Assembly: GCA_038087875.1 (NCBI GenBank)
Contig: CM075988.1
Coordinates: forward strand, 22,322,001-22,386,000
Source of the DNA: Malacoraja senta
Taxonomy: Eukaryota
Length of the DNA: 64,000 nucleotides
Reading direction: 5' to 3'
Made by a program: the position numbers and the translations under genes. Of the stretch, positions 13,072 through 23,553 are shown piece after piece. Every line of letters begins with the position of its first letter. Positions within the stretch are counted from its first letter, which is position 1. Under the pieces are notes generated by a model. That model ran no database searches and was not told the DNA's origin. It worked only from the letters and a program-made list of their open reading frames with translations.

Positions 13072-13137
13072 CTCGTCTTCAGTCAGGTTAGTGACGTAAG
13101 TCAGAGGCAGGAAGATTAATGTCCAGAGTTCAGTCTC
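13072..13137 (-). CDS. SLC37A4: SLC37A4 66-nt alternative cassette exon (ETELWTLIFLPLTYVTNLTEDE), vG6PT-type
   Basis: TTTCATCAG acceptor, weak GTCTCT donor, exactly 66 nt, phase 0/0. It lies in the intron where mammals carry the 66-nt vG6PT exon and shares WTL..PL...T..TE.E with the human peptide as recalled. Confidence 0.8.
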
Positions 13138-13525
13138 CTGATGAAACAAAAGAGGGAGAAAGTCAGAACCATGCATGGAAAGAATAGAAAGTAACTTTCA
13201 TTCAGGAGCAATTCTGCACTACTTAAGGGCCTGTCACTTACCCAATTTTTTTCGCCGACTTGTCAGCACCCTTCATAGTCTCAGCAGATTGCCAACATTT
13301 TTCAAAATGTTGAAAATCCAGCGGCAACTAGAAAAAGGTACGATTCTTTGGGCACCCAGGCTACTCCCTCTTCTCCCATCAAGGAAAGGTATAGAAGTGT
13401 GAAAATGCACAGCTCCTGATTCAGGGACAGTTTCTTCCCAGCTATTATTTGGCAACTGAGCAATCTTACCGCAACTGGAAAGCAGCCCTGAACTACTATC
13501 TACCCTCATTGGCGACCTTCAGACT

Positions 13526-13906
13526 CAAAGACCACTCCTGCTAAATGCAATGGGCTGACGTGTAGAACACAACGGAACGGAACGTGGGCCTTTTTTTCAT
13601 CCATTTCCGTAACCGGACCCGACCCGACCCGACCCGACTCGCAGTGTAATCAACGTTGCGGGGGAACAGTTTGCTTAATAAATTTAAATTCTGAAAACGA
13701 GGAGAAAATTTTTACCAAATAACTTTTATTTTTACGAGGATGTTTCCGTAACCGGCTTCCGTCTCCGCACTAGTATCCTATGGGATCTTTGGTGCGGAGA
13801 CGGAAGCTGGTTACGAAATGGGGCCATAAATTACCCGTGAATCTGCCCATGACCGTACTATGTCTTTTTCGTCGAGTGGTCTATCTTGCTCGTTATAGGA
13901 TCTTTG
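13526..13906. mobile_element. hAT-like non-autonomous element with 8-bp TSD
   Basis: Ends CAAAGA...TCTTTG. Flanks TTCAGACT (13518-13525) and CTCAGACT (13907-13914). The left TIR is internally deleted. Inserted in an older LINE tail. Confidence 0.7.
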
Positions 13907-14387
13907 CTCAGACTATCTTTGATCTGAATTTACTGGCTTTATCTTGCACTAAACATTATTCTCTTATCATGCATCTGTGAATGGCTCGGTTGTAATCAAG
14001 CATTGTCTTTCCGCTGACTGGTTAGCACGCAACAAAAAGCTTTTCACTGTACCTTGGTACACGTGACAATCTAAAACTGAAATGACATCTCCACACTGCT
14101 GTGCATCAGGAAGTCTACAAAACACTTTGACACCAGGGAGAAAACAAGCCACTTACAGACACTTGTACTTGGTAGAAGTGGGTGCATTAGCAACAGAGTT
14201 TAGTTTAGTTTAGAGATGCAGCGTGGAAACAGGCCCATTCGGCCCACCAAGTCCGTGCCGACCAGCGATCCCCATATACTAACACAGACCAAATAACTAC
14301 ACACCAGGGACAAAGCCAAATAACCTACAAACCTGTACGTAGAGAGAGGTGGAGGAAGGGGGAAAACAAAAACAGTAGCATAGTTAC

Positions 14388-14501
14388 CTTGGCAGACTCA
14401 GTAGTTACCGTGACTCTGAAGAGGTACATCGATATGGCCATTCCTCCCATCATGGATAGTAACAGATCGTGCCGAGGGTTTCCGTGACTGCGAAGTCCAT
14501 G
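14388..14501 (-). CDS. SLC37A4: SLC37A4 exon ([38 protein letters not shown])
   Basis: CTGCAG acceptor, GTAAC donor, 114 nt, phase 0/0. Contains GNPRH and [10 protein letters not shown] motifs. Confidence 0.97.
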
Positions 14502-16288
14502 CTGCAGGAGGTAGACAGGTAACTTTAAAGCATGCTTTGTACAAAATGAGCAATGACATGCTTAAAACAATAAATAAATAAAACTGGTCAGTATGGACGT
14601 CGCCTATTCCTTCTCTCCATAGATGCTGCTTCACCCGCTGAGTTTCTCCAGCATTTTTTGTCTACCTTTGATTTTTCCAGTATCTGCAGTTCTTTCTTAA
14701 ACAGTATGGAACATACAATCACTTTTGAAGAAGGGTCTCAACCCCGAAACGTTGCCTATTTCCTTCTCTCCATAGATGCTGGCCTCACTAGCTGAGTTTC
14801 TCCAGCATTTTTGTCTACCTTCAATTTCCAGCATCTGCAGTTCCTTCTTGAACGTACAATCACTTTTGATGCTTTAACATGTGCACAGTTCTCTTGGGGG
14901 CTGCAATACATCAATAGCTGCCTAGCAATCCATCTTAAATGTACACCAGCTACCCTGTAGACCTCCCTGTAGGTTGGCGCCAAGGTCCACCAACCACTTC
15001 TTGTCTTTGGCCCAACTCCACCAAAACAAAGAGCTGCAGATACAGGTTAATACACACAAGGACACAAAGTTCCGGGTCAGGCAGCATCTCTGGAGAACAT
15101 GGATAGGTGATGTTTCGGATTGAGACGATCTTCTCTAGAGATGCTGCCTGACCTGCAGCGTTACTCCAGCTCTTTGTCTCCACCACTCTTTTCCAGCTTT
15201 CTCCCCCTCTACTCCAATCAGTCTGAAGAGTCCCGAGCCAAAATGTTCACCTGTGCATCTCCTTGCCGATGCTGCCCGACACACCGAGTTCATAAGATCC
15301 TAAGTCACAGGGAGTAGAATAGGCCATTCGCCCCATCGAGCCTACTCTGCCATTCAATCATGACTGATGTATCTTACCCTCCCAAACCCCATTCTCCTGC
15401 CTTCCCCCCCATAACCCTCGACTCCCTTACTAATCAAGAATCTGTTAATCTGCACCTTAAAAATACCCAATGGCTTGGCCTCCACTGCCGCCCGAGTTCC
15501 ACAGTGAGTTCTTCAAGCAGTTTTGGTTTTTATCCCAAGTTTAAAGGTCATCTGGTGTGAAGGAGCAATGGCAACTCAGACAGGGCAACATTTCACACAA
15601 GGGCCCAGAGAGGCATTGGATTTGTCATCTCCATATACTCTGCTCAGCTGAAATTCTACCCTTGCTCTATCACCCAGTCCTTTGTAGTTAGTTTCAAACA
15701 TCTAGTTGGGATGTTCACAAAACAAATGAAGGCAAATTATCACAAGATGTTCCGCGGGTGAGAAGATGACTTGGAGTTAACTCGTGCAAGAGAGTTGTGG
15801 ATGCAGCCCAGTCCATGACGTAAAACCAGCCTCCCCCCCACAATCAACTCCATCTACACTTCATGCTATCTCGGGAACACGATCATTAGAATCAAGGACC
15901 GCTCACGCCCTGGTCATCCCCTCTTCGCTTAGGCAGAAGATACAAAAACTTAAAAGCACCAGATTCCAAAAAAATAGTTTTTTCCTGCTGTTATCAAGCT
16001 CTTGAACATGCCGCACATATACCACGAAAGAATTCCTGATCTTCCAATCTACCTCGTTGCAGCCCTTGTCCTTTTTTGTAATCTACATTTTCTCAGTCGC
16101 TGTAACATTACATTCTTGTTTCTCTTGCCTTTTTCGCACGACTTGCTGTTCTAATGAATAGTATAATTGTAGTCATATCTGGTGTAACTTGATCAGATAG
16201 CACAAAATATCAAGTTTTTCCACTGTATCGTGTATTCGAGACAATAATGATAAACCAATAACTAAAAATAAATGAAACCTACATTTAT

Positions 16289-16436
16289 TTCTCACAGAGA
16301 GTGGTGAGTCTGTGGAATTCTCATAGAGAGTGGTGAGTCTGTGGAATTCTCACAGAGAGTGGTGAGTCTGTGGAATTCTCATAGAGAGTGGTGAGTCTGG
16401 AATTCTCACAGAGAGTAGTGAGTCTGTGGAATTCTC
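16289..16436 (+). repeat. Minisatellite, about 29-bp unit x5 (TTCTCA[C/T]AGAGAGTGGTGAGTCTGTGGAA), at the 5' end of a CR1 fragment
   Basis: Five tandem copies read directly, continuing into ordinary CR1 sequence to about 16637. Confidence 0.9.
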
Positions 16437-16840
16437 TGCCTCAGAGGGCGGTGGAGGCGGGTTCTCTGGATGCTTTCAAGAGAGAGCTAGATAGGGCTCT
16501 TAAAAATAGCGGAGTCAGGGGATATGGGGAGAAGGCAGGAACGGGGTACTGATTGGGATGATCAGCCATGATCACATTGAATGCGGTGCTGGCTCGAAGG
16601 GCCGAATGGCCTACTGCACCTATTGTCTATTGTCTATTTCAGGAAGTCTTGAAGTATTTATGTGTTCGACAGTCAATTGAATGCAGCAAGTTCCCAGAGC
16701 AATGTGATACAAACCAAAATAATTTGTTGTGGTAATGTTGAATGGGAGATAAATGTTAGCAAGGAGACCAGGAAGAAATACTCTACTGCTCGCTCTTCGT
16801 GTCATGCCAAGGATTCCATGATGAAGTGGTAGATTATATT

Positions 16841-17211
16841 TGAGAGGCTAATGAGAGGAAACGCACAAAGTACCAGGAACTGGTGGAGATGTGCCAGGAC
16901 AGAGGCTGGAAGACATACTACGAGCCCATAGAAGGTGGGCTGTAGAGGTTTTGCAGGACGCTCACTCTGCAAAGTCCTCAACCAGTTGGGTATTACGGGG
17001 CTGGCAAAGAAGAGGGCCATCAATCCGCAAGTGAAGCCGCAGAGAAAGCGGCTTTGGATTAAGAGGGCTGATCCGTGGGCGGTGCCTCTGGGACGCAAGT
17101 CGGGGCCTGATCAACCCCGGCTGGGTCGCCTGGGCGAGGGTGTCTGATGTTGTGAGACCCGAAACACCCGATGACCCCAGGTCACATTACTGAGGATGTG
17201 TCCCAGCGCAT
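16841..17211 (+). mobile_element. HERO-like (restriction-like endonuclease) non-LTR retrotransposon 3' end
   Basis: EANERKRTKYQELVEMCQDRGWKTYYEPIE(+1 frameshift)VGCRGFAGRSLCKVLNQLGI...LWIKR, followed by a GC-rich structured 3' UTR. Confidence 0.7.
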
Positions 17212-18604
17212 CTAGAAGATGTATCTTTCACACCGACTACAACTGCTGTTTAATGGGAAAAATCTAACCCGTCCAGTGTTTTGCATTGCTGGAATTTCTA
17301 GTTTCCAGCTCTCAAAGGCAATCTCTCCACCACACATTCTGCACCTCTCTCTCCCCCCCCCCCCCCCCCAGGCTAAACTGTCCAGAAACTCAGACTTGAA
17401 TTTTTCAGTCAGAGGATGGTGAATCTGTGAATTCATTGCCACAGAAGGCTGTGGAGGCCAAGTGAATGGATAATCTTAAGGCAAAGATAGATAGATAGAT
17501 TCTTGTTTAAGAAAGAACTGCAGATGCTGGGAAAAAAACAAAGGTAGACAAAAATGCTGGAGAAACTCAGCGGGTGAGGCAGCATCTATGGAGCGAAGGA
17601 ATAGGTGGCGTTTCGGGTCGAGACCTTTCTGAAGACATTGACTTCTCCAATTTCCGGTAGCCCTTGCTGTCTCCTCCCCCTCTCAGCTCTCCCTCAGCCC
17701 CTTGGGCTCCTCCTCTTCCTTTTTCCTTTCTTCTCCCCACCCTACATCAGTCTGAAGAAGGGTCTCGACCCGAAACGTCACCTATTCCTTCGCTCCATAG
17801 ATGCTGCCTCACCCGCTGAGTTTCTCCAGCATTTTTGTCTACCTTAGATAGATTCTTGATTAGTACAGGTGTCAGTAGTTATGGGGAGAAGGCAAGAGAA
17901 TGGGGTTAGGAGGGAGAGATAGATCAGTCATGATTGAATGGCGGAGTAGACTTGATGGGCCGAATGGCCTAATTCTGCTCCTATCACTTATGAAGCAGTT
18001 TATTGTACTGACCCAACTGATAATAGAGCAAAATGCAAAATGCTGGAGTAACTCAGTGGGTCAGGCAGCATCTGAGGAGGGAATGGAAAGGCTATGTTAC
18101 AGATCAAGACCCTCTTCAGACCCAGATGTTGCTGGACCCACCGTGTTCCTCCAGCAAAGATAGACAATGTTGTCCAAATGTTGGAGTAACTCAGCGGGTC
18201 AGGCAGCATGTCTGTAGAGAAGGAATAGGATACGTTTTGGGTTGAGACCCTTTTTCAGACTGAGAGTCAGGGGAGAGGGATACTAGAGGTTTGAAAAGGT
18301 ACAAAGAATGAAGGAATGAAAGGTATGTAAAGAACAAATCAAAGCAGCAACGATGATCAAGGAAAGGTAGAGCCCACAATGATCCATTGTTGGTTTTGGA
18401 AAAAGAGTGGATACAGTGAAACTAAGCAGGGTGGCAGTGAAACTAGTGGGATGACTCGGAGCGGCACGGTGGTGCAGCAGTAGAGTTGCTGCCTTATAGC
18501 ACGTGCAGCATCAGCGATCTGGGTTCGATCCTGACTACGGGTGCTGTCTGTATGGAGTTTCTACATTCTCCCCATGACTGCGTGGGTTTTTCGCTTAGCT
18601 CCCA

Positions 18605-18804
18605 NNNNNNNNNNNNNNNNNNNNNNNNNNNNNNNNNNNNNNNNNNNNNNNNNNNNNNNNNNNNNNNNNNNNNNNNNNNNNNNNNNNNNNNNNNNNNNNN
18701 NNNNNNNNNNNNNNNNNNNNNNNNNNNNNNNNNNNNNNNNNNNNNNNNNNNNNNNNNNNNNNNNNNNNNNNNNNNNNNNNNNNNNNNNNNNNNNNNNNNN
18801 NNNN
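18605..18804. other. Assembly gap (200 N)
   Basis: Run of N. Confidence 1.
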
Positions 18805-19032
18805 CCAGTTTCTGCGCTGTATCTCTAAACTGTCACTGTATGTCATGTTGTTACTTGTGGACGGAGCACCAAGGCAAATTCCTTGTATGTGAATACTTGG
18901 CCAATAAACTTACTTACTAAACTAAACTAAAGTCTACTCCACCATTCAATCATGGCTGATCTATCTCTCCCTCCTAATCCCATTCTCCTGTAAGTTACGT
19001 TCAGTAGAACCAGAGGTATAGAAGGACATTAC

Positions 19033-19279
19033 CTTTCCCGTCTCCTTTCTTCCCGCCCGGTTCGATGTTGGGTAGTCCCACATCCATCGGCTCGTTGACG
19101 ATGAAGAACAGGCAGAGGAAGGCAACCCCAATGGCGATGGAGCCGGACAGGCAGAGGGTAACCCGCCAGCTGTAGCTCAGAGCCATCGTGGTGGCGATCA
19201 GTGGGCCCAGGCTGCCCGCCAAGTTCATACTGGTGGACAACACAGCCCACCACGTTCCAAACTGCGCTGGTTCAAACCA
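19033..19279 (-). CDS. SLC37A4: SLC37A4 exon ([30 protein letters not shown]...[21 protein letters not shown])
   Basis: CAG acceptor, GTAAT donor, 247 nt, phase 0 to 1. Confidence 0.97.
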
Positions 19280-19342
19280 CTGTGGGAAACAAGCAGAGAG
19301 GGCAACATGTACATTGAACAGCAGCCGTTAAACTGAGCACTA

Positions 19343-19653
19343 GTCACGGTGGCGCAGCGGTAGAGTTGCTGCCTTACAGCGAATGCAGCGCCGGAGACCC
19401 GGGTTCGATCCTGACTACAGGTGCTGTTTGTATGGAGTTTCCACGTTCTCCCCGTGACCTGCTTGGGTTTTCTCTGAGATCTTTGATTTCCTCCCACACT
19501 CCAAAGGCGTACAGGTTTGTAGGTTAATTGGCTTGGTAAATGTAAAAATTGTCCCTAGTGGGTGTAGGATGGTGTTAGTGTGCGGGGATCGCTGGTCGGC
19601 GCGGACTCAGTGGGCCAAAGGGCCTGTTTCCGCTCTGTATCTCTAAACTAAAA
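19343..19653 (+). mobile_element. Full-length V-SINE (HE1-like)
   Basis: Head GGTGGCGCAGCGGTAGAG (A box) and GGTTCGATCC (B box), V-domain, tail GGGCCTGTTTCC...CTCTAAACTAAA. Similar copies near 900, 2255, 21480, 22742, 37133, 37768, 43227, 45410, 55735, 56067. Confidence 0.88.
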
Positions 19654-20783
19654 GGTAGCACAACCCGAATCATTTTGGTCAGACAAAGTTTCAGCTTATT
19701 TCCATCCTTCCCATTCCAAGGCTTCCGTCAGCTCGAGATGTGCCTGTGATCGGCCGAGACAGAGCAGAAGTCTCCAGCCCAAAATCTAAGCTTCATGGAG
19801 CAATTGGCTCAAGAAATAATTCTGAATGTTAACAAATCCAATTAGAGTCACAGAGTGATGCAGCGTGGAAACAGGCTCTTCAGCCCACATGTCCCAGCTA
19901 CACTAGTCCCACTTTCCAAACCTGTCCTATCCATGTACCTGACTAATCGCTTCTTAAACATTGCAATAGTCCCTGCCTCAACTGCCTCCTCTGGCAGCTC
20001 GTTCCATACACCCACCACCCTTCCAATTAATAATTAAAAAATTACAATTTAATAGTATTTTACCTGTAAAATTGAATGTGCAAGTTACTTATAGAGTAAC
20101 TTCAGATACAATATCGGCATTTAAAAGTTTGCTGGATCGGCACCTAGATCTCAGGGAATGGAGGGATACGGATCATGCACAGCCAGAGGAGATTTACTCA
20201 GCACCATGTTTGGCTCAGATATTGTGGGTCAAATGTACTGTTCTATGTTCTTAAATATTACATCAAGTTTACAACATACACCAAAAAATTACTGATCCAT
20301 CGTCTTAACACCCCTGGACTTTGGACAAGAACCTCTCTGGCAACAACATGAGGAGGAAATTAAAGATGAGTAAGTATCAAAACAAAATTATCCTTCAAAA
20401 TCAACTTAATAAACTGGACCATTAAATACGAGGGGACAATTAAGAAACATAGAAAATAGGTGCAGGAGGAAGCCATTCGGCCCTTCGAGCCAGCACCGCC
20501 ATTCATTGCGATCATGGCTGATCGTCCCCTATCAATAACCCGTGGCTGCCTTCTCCCCATATCCCTCGACTCCACTAGCCCCGAGAGCTCTATCTAACTC
20601 TCTCTTAAATCCATCCAGTGACTTGGCCTCCACTGCCCTCTGTGGCAGGGAATTCCATAAATTCACAACTCTCTGGGTGAAAACGTTTTTTCTCACCTCA
20701 GTCTTAAATGACCTCCCCTTTATTCTAGGATATTATAAGAGTTGTTCTGTAGCCAGATTCAGTCTACGACGTACTATTTGATG

Positions 20784-20965
20784 AAACGGAACAGGTGATG
20801 TTTCGGGTGGAGACACTTCTTCAGACTGAAGAGTCTGAAGAAAGGGTCTCGATCCGAAACATCACCTGTTCCTTTTCCCCAGAGATGCTGCCTGACCCGC
20901 GGAATTGCTCCAGAATTTTGTGTCTGTGTTCGGTTTGAACCAGCACCTGCAGTTCCTCCCTACAC
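20784..20965. mobile_element. PLE-derived fold-back insertion with 15-bp TSD
   Basis: ACGTACTATTTGATG at 20769-20783 and 20966-20980. Confidence 0.75.
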
Positions 20966-23553
20966 ACGTACTATTTGATGTTGCTAACGTCAGCCGTGCC
21001 TCAATGGAAAGTAGACACCATCATACACAAGGTGGCACCTGTGCTTAGACTTTACAACATAACCTTGGCGGATGCTCCCAGAACAGTGTCGAGGGACTCC
21101 TGCACAATGGAGATGTCATCTCCCAGAGGAATCATTAGTCAACAGCCCCCATTTGGTCTCCTATGTTCCAAAGATCGTGTTGTGTTGTTTCGAATAAAAC
21201 CTCACAGAATATTTCACAAGGAGAAATGGTGAAGTGTCGCCAACATCCTGGCCAATATTATTCTTCAAATATAATTTCTACAACAGTCACAACCAACATT
21301 TGCAACCCAGCATCTACAGTTCCTTGTGGCCACAATCATGCTGGTTTTAGAAGGAAATTTGCCATGAACAAATGTGCCTTCCGTATCAAGTGGTGTACAA
21401 GTATTTCATTGGTGAAACATCGTGAATGGGTTGTGGGGATACAAGACATCAACTATTCTTTCTCCCTTCAGGCGGAGGTTTAGTTCAAGGATGCAGAGCA
21501 GAAACAGACCCTCGGGCCCACCGAGTGAGCGCCGACCAGCGATCCCTGCAACACTAGCACTATCCTACACACAAGGGGCAATCTACAATCTTTCTTTTTA
21601 ACCAAAGCCAATTAACCTACAAACCCGTACGTCCTTGGAATGTGGGAGGAAAGCGGAGCACCTGGAGAAAAGCCTACGCGGTCACGGGGAGAACGTACAA
21701 ACTCAGTACGGGCATCATCCTGGTCAGGATCAAGCCCGGGTCTCTGGCACTAAGGCAGCAACTCTACCGCTGCGCCATCCAATTTATGTTATAATAATGA
21801 TGGAAGCATTTTGTTTTTAAATATATCATTGTAAATGGCATTAAATTCAGGCAGGGTTTTAGCATAACTGTAGCAATTCATGCTGGAGAGGCAGTTCCAT
21901 ACATCACAAGTCGACTCGCAAGTAATGACCAAAGCGGCATGCCTTCAGTTGAAACTTTCCAGCCAGACGCAGCCTTATGTAACTGGGACGCCTGCATGAG
22001 TTATACCAATCTGTAAATAAGTCGGACATTCGCAGCGCTCGGTGTCAAGGGTACATTATATCTCTTCGAGGGCTGCAGAATGTGCAACTCACAGCCCCTC
22101 TCCAGAAATAGCCCTGCATCAAATGTCACACTCTGTACTGTTACCCCGAACTGTGAAGGTCACCTGCAGAATGTACCATTGGTGCCAAAATTAAATAAGC
22201 AGACTTGACTTAGCTTAATATTCGTGGTGAATCTAGTCGCTACTATATAAGCTTTGCAAGGTAAGAATAATTCAATCAACTAATTTCTTCCCACATCCTA
22301 AAGAAGTGTGGATTGGCAGGTTAATTCAAAGTTGCCTTGAGTGGGTGGGTGACTGGTTGAATTGACTGCGGTGAAGGTTCTGAGAATAAAATGGTGTTAG
22401 TGTAGGGTCAGTGTAGGTGGGTTTAGTGTAGTTTGGAGATACAGCGCGGAAACAAGCCCTTCGGCCCACCGAGTCCGCACCAACCAGCGATCCCCGCACA
22501 TTAACACTACCCGACACACTCGGGACAATTTTACATTTATACTAAGCCAATTAAACTACAAACCTGCACTTCTTGGAGTGTGGGGGAAAACCAAAGATCT
22601 CGGAAGAGAAAAGCCACGCATGTCACGGGGAGAAGGTACGAACTCCGTACAGACAGACAACTAACACAGAACATCGAACGCTATAGCTGGGGAAGTGGGC
22701 AGTGCTGGGCTCTGAAGGAGGGTCTCGACCCCGAAACGTCACCGTGGCGCAGCGGTAGAGTTGCTGCCTCACAGCACCAGAGACCCGGGTTCAATCCTGA
22801 CTGCGGGCGCTGTCTGTCTGGAGATTGTACGTTCTCCCCGTGACCTGCGTGGGATTTCTCCAAGATTTTCGGTGCCCTCCCACACTCCAAAGACGTGCAG
22901 GTTTGTAGGTCAATAGGCTTGGTATAAATGTAAATTGTCCTGTCTGTAGGATAATGTTAATATGCGGGGATCGCCAGTCGGTGTGGACTAGGGGGCCTGT
23001 TTCTGCGCTGTATCTGTAAACTAAACTGGGGGACAGGTAGCATCTCTGGGCCAGAGATGCTGCTTCTCCTGCTGAGATGCTGCTACTCCAGCATTTTGTG
23101 TCTACCTTCGATTTAAACCAGCATCTGCAGTTCTTTCCTACACAACGAAACTAAACTGTCCATGTTGCCTGGGTTTCAACACCTAAGTTACAGAGAAAGG
23201 TTGAACAAGTTACGTCTTTATTCTTTGGAGCACAGAAGGTTAAGGGGGGACTTGATAGAGGTCTTTAAAATGATGAAAGGGATAGACAGAGTTGACGTGG
23301 ATACGTTTTTTCCATTGGGAATAGGGAAGATTCAAACAAGAGGACATGATTTGAGAATTAAGGGACAAAAGTTTAGGGGTAACATGAGAGGGAACTTCTT
23401 TACTCAGAGAGTGGTAGCTGTGTGGAATGAGCTTCCAGTGGAAGTGGTGGAGGCAGGTTCGATTTTATCATTTAAAAATAAATTGGATAGGTATATGGAC
23501 GGGAAAGGAATGGAGGGTTATGGTCTGAGTGCAGGTAGATGGGACTAGGTGAG

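Noticed and set aside
16289..16436. CRISPR-like array
   Set aside because: Units are contiguous with no unique spacers and derive from CR1; vertebrate DNA.
18486..18920. ORFs spanning the gap (also 41567-41887)
   Set aside because: Open only because of N runs.
19343..19420. tRNA genes at SINE heads
   Set aside because: A/B boxes continue into the V-domain and LINE-like tail; no complete cloverleaf.
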